Assembly: GCA_949285455.1 (NCBI GenBank)
Contig: CASDXP010000005.1
Coordinates: 2,756-66,755 of the forward strand
Source of the DNA: an uncultured bacterium
Lineage (GTDB): Bacteria > Bacillota_I > Bacilli_A > RFN20 > CAG-826
Direction of reading: 5' to 3'
DNA: 64,000 bases
Shown: positions 10,112 through 19,824 of the stretch, piece by piece
Layout of the letters: each line of letters begins with the position of its first letter
Numbering within the stretch: position 1 is the stretch's first letter
The notes under the pieces: model-generated
Told to the model about the DNA's origin: nothing
Seen by the model: only the letters and a program-made list of their open reading frames with translations
Databases searched by the model: none
Position numbers and translations under genes: made by a program

Positions 10112-12085
10112 ATGAACGAAGAACATCTTTTTCAAATTGTTTCTTCCTATAAGCCGACCGGCGATCAGCCTACCGCCATCGCTTCTTTAGTGAAAGGAAT
10201 TAGGGAAGGAAAACGCCTTCAAGTGCTTTTAGGTGCGACTGGCACTGGCAAAACTTTTAGCGTCGCAAATGTCATTGAAAGAGTGCAAAAACCAACTATA
10301 GTGTTGGTTCACAATAAAACCCTAGCGGGACAACTTTACGCGGAATTTAAGGAGCTTTTTCCTCATAACCGCGTCGAATATTTCGTTTCTAACTTCGATT
10401 TTTATCAACCTGAAGCTTACCTTCCTAAAACGGACACACACATCGATAAAAATGCTGTGATGAATGAAGAAATTGAAATGCTTAGAACGAGTGCAATTAA
10501 TTCTTTATTAGAAAGAAAAGATACGATTATTGTTGCAAGTGTGGCTTCTATTTATGGTTTAACTGATCCACAAGAATATCGTGACTTAGTGTTCTCAATT
10601 CGGGTTGGAGAGACGCTCGATCGCAAAAATGTTTTTAAGATGCTTGTGGATGCACAATACGTAAGGAACAATATGGAACTAAAGCCTGGAAGTTTTAGAG
10701 TAAGAGGAGACATCATCGAAATTATGCCTCCTAATAGTGATGAACTCATCGTTAGAATCGATACATTCGGCGATGAAGTGGAATCTATTCATAGCGTCGA
10801 TTCCCTCACCGGTGTCGTCAAAGAAAAACTCAACGCTTACTTTGTCTTTCCAGCTTATGAACACGCTTCGACGAGAGCGAGAATTAATAAAGCTTTAAAA
10901 GGTATCGAAGAAGAATTAGAAGAAAGATTGAAATTCTTTGAAAAAGAAAATAAACCATTAGAAAAAGAAAGATTGGAACTTAGAACGAGGCAAGATATCG
11001 AATCTTTAAGAGAATTTGGGATGTGCCCAGGTATCGAAAATTATTCACGTCATATCGATGGAAGAAAAGAAGGGGAAAGACCTTTTTGTCTATTAGATTA
11101 CTTTCCGAAAGATTTCTTATTAGTCATCGATGAATCGCACGTCACCTTGCCGCAAGTACGCGGTATGTACAATGGCGATAGATCAAGAAAATTAACGCTT
11201 GTGGAATATGGTTTTAGATTACCTAGCGCTTTAGATAATCGCCCTCTTTCATTCGAGGAATTTGAATCCTTAATGCCTTTAACTATCTGTACTTCCGCCA
11301 CCCCGGGCGATTACGAATTAGAAAAATCAAATGAAGAAGTCATCGAACAAATTATTCGACCGACAGGTTTGCTTGATCCACAAATCATAGTTAGACCAAG
11401 TTTAGGACAAATTGATGATTTGATATATGAAATTAAAAAGCGTATCGAAGTAGGGGAAAGAGTCATCGTCTGTACTCTTACAATTCGTATGGCTGAAGAT
11501 TTATCAAAATATTTAAAAGATCGAGAAATTAAAACAGTATATCTACATAACGAAACGAAAACATTGGAGCGAAGTCAAATTATTTACGAAGTAAGAAAAG
11601 GTAAATATGACGTCTTAGTGGGCATCAATTTATTAAGAGAAGGTCTAGATATACCAGAAGTTTCTTTAATCGCTATTTTAGATGCTGATAAAGAAGGCTT
11701 TTTAAGATCGACAAGGTCACTTATTCAAATTGTTGGTAGAGCTGCAAGAAATGAACATGGAACGGTCATTATGTATGCGGGTAACATGACTAAGAGCATG
11801 AATGAAACGATCGAAGAAACGAACCGAAGAAGAAACATTCAAATGCGTTACAATGACGAGAATGGTATTATTCCTCAAACAATTAAAAAAGAAATATACG
11901 CTCCAATTCATTACTATGAAAAAGATGAAGAAGATGTCGTTAAGAGACGCGCGAAGATGACTAAATCTGAATTAGATAAAGAAATTAAACGTTTAGAAAA
12001 AGCGATGCGTGAAGCTGCAAAAAATTACGATTTTGAAAAAGCTATCGAAATACGCGACATCTTATTTGAATTAAAAAGCCAATAA
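10112..12085 (+). CDS. uvrB: Excinuclease ABC subunit B
   Basis: 657-aa ORF. Walker [10 protein letters not shown]. Helicase motifs. C-terminal UvrB/UvrC-interaction motif ..[13 protein letters not shown].. Confidence 0.95.
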   Translation: MNEEHLFQIVSSYKPTGDQPTAIASLVKGIREGKRLQVLLGATGTGKTFSVANVIERVQKPTIVLVHNKTLAGQLYAEFKELFPHNRVEYFVSNFDFYQPEAYLPKTDTHIDKNAVMNEEIEMLRTSAINSLLERKDTIIVASVASIYGLTDPQEYRDLVFSIRVGETLDRKNVFKMLVDAQYVRNNMELKPGSFRVRGDIIEIMPPNSDELIVRIDTFGDEVESIHSVDSLTGVVKEKLNAYFVFPAYEHASTRARINKALKGIEEELEERLKFFEKENKPLEKERLELRTRQDIESLREFGMCPGIENYSRHIDGRKEGERPFCLLDYFPKDFLLVIDESHVTLPQVRGMYNGDRSRKLTLVEYGFRLPSALDNRPLSFEEFESLMPLTICTSATPGDYELEKSNEEVIEQIIRPTGLLDPQIIVRPSLGQIDDLIYEIKKRIEVGERVIVCTLTIRMAEDLSKYLKDREIKTVYLHNETKTLERSQIIYEVRKGKYDVLVGINLLREGLDIPEVSLIAILDADKEGFLRSTRSLIQIVGRAARNEHGTVIMYAGNMTKSMNETIEETNRRRNIQMRYNDENGIIPQTIKKEIYAPIHYYEKDEEDVVKRRAKMTKSELDKEIKRLEKAMREAAKNYDFEKAIEIRDILFELKSQ

Positions 12086-12211
12086 TAAAATTAATTACAA
12101 TTTTTTAACACATTGTAAAGATAATAAACAAAATTTAGTCAAAAATTTATTTATTTCATAATTTAATTGTTTTATTATTTTGTTAGTGTTTGGATAAAGG
12201 AGTTAAATATT

Positions 12212-13240
12212 ATGCCAAAACTTATGATTGTTGGTGGGACTGGTTTACTTGGCCATCACACCGCCTTAGAAGCTTTAAAACAAGGTTTTGAAGTCTCTTC
12301 ATTATCTATTGACGATGCGGACGTCGATGAAGAATTTAAAAAGAAAGTCGATATTCATATCCTCGATGTTTTCAAAGCTTCGCAAGAAGAAATTGCGAAA
12401 GCATTGAAAGGTTACGATTACATGATTTATTCGGTGGGACCGGATGATCGCGTAACCCCTAAAGCACCTGCTGATAAATTTTTCCACCAGCACTTAGTGG
12501 AAGACGCAGCGAAAGTTTTTAGAGCAGCAAGAGATGCGGGTGTGAAGAAATCTGTTTTATACAATTCTTATTTTGCTTACTTTGATCGCGAGATGCCTGA
12601 ACTTAAATTATATGAACGTCATCCATATGTTCGCGCACGAGTTGATCAAGCGAAGAAGGTGAATGAAGAAAAAGGTAAAATGGAAGTAGTAGTGCTTGAA
12701 CTTCCTTACATCTTCGGCACAGTTTATGGTCGTTCACCCCTTTGGAGAGATGTTTTCTTAGATCGTTTCATCAAAGGTAAGAGCATGCTTTTCTTCCCTA
12801 AAGGAAAAACGACGATGACAACTGTTAAACACATTGGTGAATCTGGTGTCGGTGCAGTCTTATACGGCAAGGATGGTATGCGTTATCCTATCGGCGATGA
12901 AAATAAAGATTATCACTACATGCTCAATACGATGTTAGATGAACTTTATAAAGGTACAGGTAAAAAACCACATAAAGTTCATAATGCACCGAGATGTTTT
13001 ATCGTCATGGGCGGAAAAGCGATCATGAAAGCTGAACTTAAAAAAGGTTTAGAACCAGGATTAAATTTTGGTTACATCATGAAAGATATTATGACTCGTG
13101 ATGTCGTCGTTCCAGAAGCGGTGTTAGATAAAGTTGCAAATGAACTTCATCTTACCCGTGGGGGACTAGATGAAGCTATTAGAGAAACCGCAAGAGCATG
13201 TTATCCTAATGGTTCATTCTTTGAAAAACCTAAAAAATAA
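12212..13240 (+). CDS. NAD(P)-binding Rossmann-fold oxidoreductase (NmrA/epimerase-like)
   Basis: N-terminal MIVGGTGLLGHH dinucleotide-binding motif. ATG at 12212 lies 9 nt after AAGGAG and is preferred over the longer ORF start at 12167. Confidence 0.55.
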   Translation: MPKLMIVGGTGLLGHHTALEALKQGFEVSSLSIDDADVDEEFKKKVDIHILDVFKASQEEIAKALKGYDYMIYSVGPDDRVTPKAPADKFFHQHLVEDAAKVFRAARDAGVKKSVLYNSYFAYFDREMPELKLYERHPYVRARVDQAKKVNEEKGKMEVVVLELPYIFGTVYGRSPLWRDVFLDRFIKGKSMLFFPKGKTTMTTVKHIGESGVGAVLYGKDGMRYPIGDENKDYHYMLNTMLDELYKGTGKKPHKVHNAPRCFIVMGGKAIMKAELKKGLEPGLNFGYIMKDIMTRDVVVPEAVLDKVANELHLTRGGLDEAIRETARACYPNGSFFEKPKK

Positions 13241-13260
13241 TTGATTGGGAATTTGAACCT

Positions 13261-14193
13261 ATGCCTAAATGTTTACTTTACGTCTTTTCAGGAACCGGAA
13301 ATACCTATTTAGCGGCTTCCTTTCTTAAAGACGAATTAGAAAAATTACATTACGAAGTTGATATCAAAAAAATGGAAGGTGATATTACTTCGCTTGACGT
13401 CAATGCTTACGATGTCGTAGGCATAGGTTTTCCAATCTATGGATTCAATCCTCCACAAGTCGTGCCAAAGTTTGTTAAAAAGATTGAAACGCCAAAAGAA
13501 AAGAAAAAATTATTTTTCTTTCGTACATCAGGTGAACCATTCATGTGGAATGATGTCGCCGCAAGAAGACTAGCAAAACGTTTAAGAAAAAGAAATTTTG
13601 AACTTATTTTAGATAAGCATTTTCTCATGCCTTATAACATTATGTTTAGGTATAAAGATGCTTTAGCGAAGCAACTTTATTTATATTTAAAATCACTTTG
13701 CAAGTTATTAGCGATGCAAATTCAAAATGAAGAAAATGAAGGTACGAATTACGCTTGGTATAAAAGACCATTATCGTTCGTCGCAAGACTAGTCTACGTC
13801 GTTCCTTACGTCAATAAAGCTTTTTACGTCCACGTGAATAAAAAGAAATGTAACAATTGTAATTTATGCATCAATTCTTGTCCTACGAACGCTATTTATC
13901 GTAATAAGAAAGGCAAGATTAAATTTAATACAAAATGCACCGTTTGCATGCGTTGTTCCATGTTTTGCCCGCAAGATGCCGTGCGTTTTGGCATGTTATC
14001 GCATTGGAGAGTTAACGGAGCCTACAATTTTAAGAAGTTAGAAAAAGATGAAAATATCAACCCGAATTTCATCAATAAAAACACGAAAGGATACTTCAAA
14101 TTATTTAAAAAGTATTTTAAAGAACAAAATGCCCTCCTACGAGAGCATCAAATTCCTTTACCGATCGAATTTAAAGAAGACGAAGTCTTATGA
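13261..14193 (+). CDS. Flavodoxin-like / 2x[4Fe-4S] ferredoxin fusion (EFR1-family ferredoxin)
   Basis: N-terminus LLYVFSGTGNTYLAA is flavodoxin-like. Two CxxCxxCxxxCP clusters (CNNCNLCINSCP, CTVCMRCSMFCP). Confidence 0.6.
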   Translation: MPKCLLYVFSGTGNTYLAASFLKDELEKLHYEVDIKKMEGDITSLDVNAYDVVGIGFPIYGFNPPQVVPKFVKKIETPKEKKKLFFFRTSGEPFMWNDVAARRLAKRLRKRNFELILDKHFLMPYNIMFRYKDALAKQLYLYLKSLCKLLAMQIQNEENEGTNYAWYKRPLSFVARLVYVVPYVNKAFYVHVNKKKCNNCNLCINSCPTNAIYRNKKGKIKFNTKCTVCMRCSMFCPQDAVRFGMLSHWRVNGAYNFKKLEKDENINPNFINKNTKGYFKLFKKYFKEQNALLREHQIPLPIEFKEDEVL

Positions 14194-14664
14194 TCTTAAG
14201 TATTGTTCTTTACGTTTTTCTTCTTTAATTGAAGAAAACATCAATGATGCTGCGGAAGCATCAAATAATTCCATAATACCGATAAGAGCAGGCGTCTTAG
14301 GGACGCTTTTTTCTTTTTCCCAGTTGAAGACACTTTGATAAGGAATCTTTAGAAGATTCGCAACTTCTTTTTGCGTTAATTTTTTCGATTCTCTTAAATA
14401 CTTAAAGTTTTTAGCAAATAATGTGGGGGAGAAAGTTTGGACTTCTGCGAAATCGTTTTCTTTCTTACTCTCGCAACGTAATAAAGAATCGACGTCAACT
14501 TTTAAAACTTTCGCCATCGGGGCTAGAGAAGATGATGATAAAGAAGATAACCCTTTTTCATATTTAGAGATTGCTTGCACCGTATAATTTAAGGCGTCCG
14601 CGACGTCTTTTTGCGTCAACCCTAATTCTTTTCTTCTAATTTGAATATATTCGTTTAATTTCAT
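14188..14664 (-). CDS. XRE-family transcriptional regulator with two tandem HTH domains
   Basis: 158-aa ORF. Two Cro/C1-type HTH units (..LTQKDVADALNYTVQAISKYEKG.. and ..LTQKEVANLLKIPYQSVFNWEKE..). Divergent from the YccF gene. Confidence 0.65.
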   Translation of the reverse strand: MKLNEYIQIRRKELGLTQKDVADALNYTVQAISKYEKGLSSLSSSSLAPMAKVLKVDVDSLLRCESKKENDFAEVQTFSPTLFAKNFKYLRESKKLTQKEVANLLKIPYQSVFNWEKEKSVPKTPALIGIMELFDASAASLMFSSIKEEKRKEQYLRS

Positions 14665-14870
14665 TTTTGTTTCCTTTATAGATTAATAGTATGCAAAGAA
14701 TAGCATATTTAGTCAAGTTAAAGGCTCTTTGTTCAAGATAACTTATACAACATTGATACTATTTGTTTTTCTTATGAACATAAGCGAGTTAGATTTTTAA
14801 CACTTTAGGTAATTTTGCTAGTAATTATTGAATAGCAAACTATAATGAGTAATAGGAGGTTTAAAACATT

Positions 14871-15236
14871 ATGAAGACGATAGGTAACATCTTATGGTTT
14901 ATCTTTGGTGGAGTCGAAATGGCTATCGCACAATTTCTTGCCGGTGCTTTATTTTGTATCACCATCATCGGTATTCCCATTGGGCTTCAACTTTTTAAGA
15001 TGGCGAAGTTCACTATCTGGCCTTTTGGAAAAACTGTAAACAAAGTAAAACCATCCGGATTAAAAGCTGTTCTTAACATCATTTGGGCAATTTTCTTCGG
15101 TTGGGAAATGGCACTTATTTACTTATTCATCGGCGCTATCTACTGCATTACTATCATCGGTATTCCTTTTGGCCGTCAATGGTTCAAGATGGCACATTTT
15201 ATCCTTTTACCACTAGGCAATGATTTTACTAAATAA
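14871..15236 (+). CDS. YccF-domain inner-membrane protein (two YccF repeats)
   Basis: 121-aa ORF. Duplicated ..ITIIGIP(I/F)G.Q.FKMA.F...P.G. motif characteristic of YccF. Confidence 0.65.
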   Translation: MKTIGNILWFIFGGVEMAIAQFLAGALFCITIIGIPIGLQLFKMAKFTIWPFGKTVNKVKPSGLKAVLNIIWAIFFGWEMALIYLFIGAIYCITIIGIPFGRQWFKMAHFILLPLGNDFTK

Positions 15237-15256
15237 GTAGAATAATGCAATTTTTA

Positions 15257-15286
15257 AAAGAAGGATTTATCCTTCTTTTTTTGTGC
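15257..15286 (+). terminator. Rho-independent terminator (10-bp perfect stem AAAGAAGGAT/ATCCTTCTTT + T-run)
   Basis: Perfect inverted repeat followed by TTTTTT immediately after the YccF gene. Confidence 0.7.
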
Positions 15287-15329
15287 AACAATTTTAAAAT
15301 AATTAGATGTCTATGATATAAATATAAAT

Positions 15330-15833
15330 ATGAAAAAAATTAAAAAAATATTTGCCATTTTATTTTCCTTTATCATTTTTACTCTCACTACTTCTTGTGA
15401 TGTTCCTATTCCTCCAAAAGAAATTACTACCGGCTTCTTTGGTGAAAGAGAATATCACGATTACGATTATTATGCAGAAATTTATTTAATGCACGATAGA
15501 TTTTATTTATTATGTTGGGAATATAATCATACTTGGGAAAGCGCATTAGTCACTGGCGGAATTTCTGGAGTAAGGGCTCACCCTGACGATGCTTATTACT
15601 GTCAAAAATATTATCCTTGTCCATTCCCTATTATGAAGGAAATTTTGAATGAGCGGCTTGAAAGCGGAACGAAACCTCCATTTAATGGCTTTCCAGAAGT
15701 TATTATTACTTCTTATCCTGCAACTAGAGATGAGTTAAATTCAGGGGTTACCTCTAGCGGCAGCGATATCGAATTATACAAAAAAATATACGAATATTTT
15801 GATTTGTATTGGAAGTATGGTAGTTATGAATAA
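15330..15833 (+). CDS. Putative lipoprotein (signal peptide + lipobox LTTSC)
   Basis: 167-aa ORF. N-terminus MKKIKKIFAILFSFIIFTLTTSCD. No recognisable catalytic motif. Confidence 0.45.
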   Translation: MKKIKKIFAILFSFIIFTLTTSCDVPIPPKEITTGFFGEREYHDYDYYAEIYLMHDRFYLLCWEYNHTWESALVTGGISGVRAHPDDAYYCQKYYPCPFPIMKEILNERLESGTKPPFNGFPEVIITSYPATRDELNSGVTSSGSDIELYKKIYEYFDLYWKYGSYE

Positions 15834-15834
15834 T

Positions 15835-16542
15835 ATGAAAAGATTAGTGTTGTTTTTAACTTTATTGCTTCCGCTTGCTGGGTGCGAAAACCAAGATCCG
15901 AATCTAGATTATTTATTTGCTTATTATGATGCAATGGCGCATTTAGGTGATGTTGAAGGTGCGTTAGATTTAGATAATAAACAAAGTTTAGTAAATGTTT
16001 CTTCTATTTACACTTTTTCTGATGGCTCACCTGAAGCGCACATTAGACAAGATTATGATTTAGATAATTATTATTATCATGAACTTACCACACAAGGTGA
16101 TTCGTTCATGGAAGTGTGGTTATATAAGAAAAACGAATTAGACATATTGTTCGTCATAAAGACTGATTACGGTCTTAATCGCTACTTCATTAAAGAATGT
16201 TCTAGTGAAGAAGAATTCAATCAAATGTTTGAAAAATATTCTATTAGATATATTCCCTTGATGCTTAGAGATTACGCTAATTATTCTTATGACAAAATTT
16301 ACGAAGTAAGAGAACTTCTAAACAATGAAACAGGTGTTTCTTTTAATAAAGATACGAAACATATTGGTATCAACTATACGTCTTACTCCTATGATTGGCT
16401 ATTTAATGAATTTGGTTTAATGTCTCAATCTTATAGTTGTGAAGAATATAGTTATGAACAAACATTTACTTTTGAAACTTTTGAACAAGTAGAAGCGGAT
16501 TATTCTAATTGTACTGATATAGGAGGGGTATTCTATGATTAA
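15835..16542 (+). CDS. Putative lipoprotein (lipobox LPLAGC)
   Basis: ORF track starts at 15799. ATG at 15835 (MKRLVLFLTLLLPLAGC) follows directly after the upstream stop and gives a canonical lipoprotein signal. Asp/Tyr-rich. Confidence 0.45.
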   Translation: MKRLVLFLTLLLPLAGCENQDPNLDYLFAYYDAMAHLGDVEGALDLDNKQSLVNVSSIYTFSDGSPEAHIRQDYDLDNYYYHELTTQGDSFMEVWLYKKNELDILFVIKTDYGLNRYFIKECSSEEEFNQMFEKYSIRYIPLMLRDYANYSYDKIYEVRELLNNETGVSFNKDTKHIGINYTSYSYDWLFNEFGLMSQSYSCEEYSYEQTFTFETFEQVEADYSNCTDIGGVFYD

Positions 16543-18172
16543 ATTAAAATTTTTATTATGCCCCATCATTTTGCTTAGCCTCATCGGCTGTTCAAATGAA
16601 GATGTGATGAATTTACCTTCTAATATCATAATAGATGAAGGGCAATCGACGATGTACTTAGAAATTGGCGATGCACAAAGATTGAAATGCTATAACGGAG
16701 AAAAAACGATAGACGATATTTCTTGGCATTCATCAAATTATAATGTTGTAAGCGTCGATATTTTTGGTAATATCGAAGCTTTGCATAAAGGAAAAGCCAC
16801 CATTACAGCTTCTACAGAAGGAAGAGATGAACATAATAATAAAACGACACTGGAAACAAAATTACAGATAGTTGTCAATCCATCTTATAATGACATTTTA
16901 GATGAACTCACTAACGACTTAGCGTTTTCCGCAGTTGTAAGAAAAAAAGGTAACAATGCTTCTTACGATGAACGATATTACATTGATACTTACTACTACA
17001 ATCGCGATTATAAGCAATATCATAGACAAGTTTCAAGAGTAAGTTTTTACACTTTATTACGAGACGGAATTTCTTCTTTGAACTATGTTTTTCTCGACGA
17101 ATTTTCTTCTTTCTTCGCAGATGAAAATGGCTATGCAATTACTAATTATTTAGATAGCAATAACGTCTTACATAATGATGTTATTTTAGATGAATTAGGA
17201 AACCCTATCATCTTTGATGAGGTGGCCATCTCACCATTTAAATATCTTAGTTCTGCTAATTTGTATTTTGCTGACGATTATACATTGAAGCTACTAGATT
17301 CAAACGAAAATAAAGTTAATTTTTTCAATGCCATTTATAATTGCAATATTGCTCTTGTTTCAGACATTGTTATTACCTACGATGATTTAGGCTTTCTTGA
17401 TACTTTATATTGTAATGGTGTGACGCTTGATTTGGCTGAATTTGAAATGTTAGGTACATTTACTTCTAGGCACCAGACAGGGGCTCCACGTAGGATTAGT
17501 GAGCCGGTTGAAGAAGAACTTGTCGCATTTTCTGAAGATCAAGAAATAGCGGTTCCAGCCATGTTAGAAGCTTTAAGAAATAAAAATTACACTATTGACA
17601 TCGAAGTGATAGGAGAAGGTGGAGACATCAATCATCAAATGAAAGTTACGCCTGATGGCATTGAAATATTAAAAAATCTTAGCATAGCGGGTAATCCAGA
17701 AACGATTGAAACTTACGCTCAAATAGATGATTTAGGTTTGATGCCAGTAGAAGTCGTTAATGAAAACAATGTCACTTATCTACAAGGTTTAAGCAATGAA
17801 AGTATTGCAAGTGACATCTACACTCTTAATCCAGTTGATTTTAATTCAAATTTATTTTTCTATCGTTATTCAGCCTATACGACAGAAGGTGGCCTTTATG
17901 GTGGTTTAGATAAGGCGAGTGGTCGCTTATTAGGTTTAGATCCACTTTATCCATTCTTCGATGAAGAAAGTAAGATTATCGATATTAATAAAGTTGCTTT
18001 TAATATTAGATTAAATTACGACTATGAGATGGAATATTTTCAATTATTCTACGCGAGTGGGGATGAATATGGTCTTAGTTCGACCGCTAGAAACGTCGGT
18101 TTAAAAATATATAATATTGGAACGACTTCTTTCTCATATAATGGTGCAACTTTTGTCCCTTTTAGTGAATGA
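16535..18172 (+). CDS. Surface lipoprotein with Big_2 (bacterial Ig-like) domain; paralog of 39661..42237
   Basis: 545-aa ORF. Lipobox LIGCSN. Big_2 signature ..ISWHSSNYNVVSVDIFGNIEALHKGKATITAST.. C-terminal region shares NPVDF..NLF, LLGLDP and ITNIGTT motifs with the 858-aa lipoprotein at 39661. Confidence 0.55.
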   Translation: MIKLKFLLCPIILLSLIGCSNEDVMNLPSNIIIDEGQSTMYLEIGDAQRLKCYNGEKTIDDISWHSSNYNVVSVDIFGNIEALHKGKATITASTEGRDEHNNKTTLETKLQIVVNPSYNDILDELTNDLAFSAVVRKKGNNASYDERYYIDTYYYNRDYKQYHRQVSRVSFYTLLRDGISSLNYVFLDEFSSFFADENGYAITNYLDSNNVLHNDVILDELGNPIIFDEVAISPFKYLSSANLYFADDYTLKLLDSNENKVNFFNAIYNCNIALVSDIVITYDDLGFLDTLYCNGVTLDLAEFEMLGTFTSRHQTGAPRRISEPVEEELVAFSEDQEIAVPAMLEALRNKNYTIDIEVIGEGGDINHQMKVTPDGIEILKNLSIAGNPETIETYAQIDDLGLMPVEVVNENNVTYLQGLSNESIASDIYTLNPVDFNSNLFFYRYSAYTTEGGLYGGLDKASGRLLGLDPLYPFFDEESKIIDINKVAFNIRLNYDYEMEYFQLFYASGDEYGLSSTARNVGLKIYNIGTTSFSYNGATFVPFSE

Positions 18173-18221
18173 TTGATTATTAATCTTTGTTTCTTAAATA
18201 ACTTATCACTATAATAGTGAT

Positions 18222-18926
18222 ATGGCTATCGCAGGTGTTTCTAATTTATCGCTCGTGGATTATGATGGTTATCTAACTTATACCATCTTCTTTAGTGGTT
18301 GTAATTTTCTTTGCCCTTTTTGCCATAATTCAATTATCGTCACAAGTGTAATAAAAGAAGATGAAATGTCTTTTGAAACGATTGTCAAAGATTTAAAAAC
18401 ACGCGTGAACAAGATAGATGCAGTCTGCTTTAGCGGTGGTGAACCTACCTTAGAGCCAAGACTTAAAGAATTTATTAAGCAAGTAAAAGAACTTGGCTTT
18501 TTAATTAAATTAGATACAAACGGGACAAGACCTGAAGTAGTGAAAGATTTATTAGATGATCATCTATTAGATTATATAGCGATGGATATTAAATCATCAT
18601 TAGATGATAAATATAATTTAGCAATTGGTAAAACCTTCGATTTAACACCAATAAAAAAGACAATTAATTTATTAAAAAATAGTTCTATCGATTTTGAATT
18701 TAGAACAACTTTAGTAAATGAATTACATGATGAAAAAACACTTATTCATATGATCGAATATTTAAAACCTTTTCCTAAATTAGTGTTTCAACATTTTGAA
18801 GATAGGGGTAGAAATATAAAAAATGGGCTCCACTCATTTCCTTATGACGAAGTAAAGAAAATTATTGATAGATACCCAAATTTAAATATTGAAACAAGAG
18901 GTTATGACTCGAGTGAGTCAAGATAA
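18222..18926 (+). CDS. nrdG: Anaerobic ribonucleoside-triphosphate reductase activating protein (radical SAM)
   Basis: 234-aa ORF. Radical-SAM cluster motif SGCNFLCPFCHN. Convergent with trxB and adjacent to nrdD. 25-nt 3' overlap with trxB. Confidence 0.75.
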   Translation: MAIAGVSNLSLVDYDGYLTYTIFFSGCNFLCPFCHNSIIVTSVIKEDEMSFETIVKDLKTRVNKIDAVCFSGGEPTLEPRLKEFIKQVKELGFLIKLDTNGTRPEVVKDLLDDHLLDYIAMDIKSSLDDKYNLAIGKTFDLTPIKKTINLLKNSSIDFEFRTTLVNELHDEKTLIHMIEYLKPFPKLVFQHFEDRGRNIKNGLHSFPYDEVKKIIDRYPNLNIETRGYDSSESR

Positions 18927-19819
18927 TCTAAACAATAGAAAGCTGCGATTGAACCATCGCTAGTAGCGGTGGTGACTTGTCTAATTTCTTTGACGCGCGT
19001 ATCACCAATAGCGAAGATACCGGGGACGTTAGTCATCATTCTTTCATTAGTGATAATGAAACCTTTTTCATTTAAATTAACTAAGTTTTTAAAAGCTTCG
19101 TTATGTGGAACTTGTCCGACCGCAATAAATATACCTTTCGCTTTAAAAGAACGTAATTCATGTGTTTTAGTATTTTCAAAGATAGCTTCATTAAAATCAG
19201 GCTCACCTTTTAGCTCTTTTAAATTGTAATTATAAAATACTTCGATGTTTTCTTTCGCTTTCATCCTTTTAATTAACGATAAGTCAGCGAACAATTTATC
19301 GAAGAGGGCCACTAAGTAAACTTTTTTAGAAGTAAGGGCTAACATATTAGCGTATTGTAAAGCTGTATTCGCGTCACCGACGACGATGACATCTTCATCA
19401 GCAAAGAACGCTCCATCACATGTCGCACAATATGATAAACCATGTCCGACATAATCATCTTCTTTTGCCACGCCAATCTTACGATGGCTTACTCCGTTTG
19501 CAATGATGACCGCTTTAGCGTGATGTTTACTTGTATCAGTGGTAACTTCAAAACCATCTTTCGTCTCTTCGATCGATAAAACATTTTCTAATTCAAATTC
19601 TGCTCCTAAGTCCATCACTTGCGTGAAAAAATTATCGATAAATTCTAGGCCAGAAATTTCTTTGATACCAGGAAGATTTTCGACGCGTGGCGATTTAGCG
19701 ATTTGCCCACCTAAAGATTCTTTTTCTAAGATGAGCACGCTCTTATCGTTACGTAATAAATTTAAAGCAGCGCTTAAGCCAGCTGGGCCAGCACCTATGA
19801 CGACGACATCTACATTCAT
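18902..19819 (-). CDS. trxB: Thioredoxin-disulfide reductase
   Basis: 305-aa ORF. FAD motif VVVIGAGPAGLSAA. Redox-active CATCDGAFF. NADPH site. Start lies 5 nt downstream of the nrdD stop. Confidence 0.85.
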   Translation of the reverse strand: MNVDVVVIGAGPAGLSAALNLLRNDKSVLILEKESLGGQIAKSPRVENLPGIKEISGLEFIDNFFTQVMDLGAEFELENVLSIEETKDGFEVTTDTSKHHAKAVIIANGVSHRKIGVAKEDDYVGHGLSYCATCDGAFFADEDVIVVGDANTALQYANMLALTSKKVYLVALFDKLFADLSLIKRMKAKENIEVFYNYNLKELKGEPDFNEAIFENTKTHELRSFKAKGIFIAVGQVPHNEAFKNLVNLNEKGFIITNERMMTNVPGIFAIGDTRVKEIRQVTTATSDGSIAAFYCLDYLDSLES

Positions 19820-19824
19820 AAACG

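Noticed and set aside
12167-12211. Longer N-terminus (MFYYFVSVWIKELNI..) for the NAD(P)-binding oxidoreductase.
   Set aside because: The extension contains the AAGGAG RBS that serves the ATG at 12212. The Rossmann GxxGxxG motif begins immediately after that ATG. Similar reasoning led to shortened starts for clpB (23008), the MBL lipoprotein (26742), RibD-C (55415) and the lipoproteins at 15835, 59834 and 60559.
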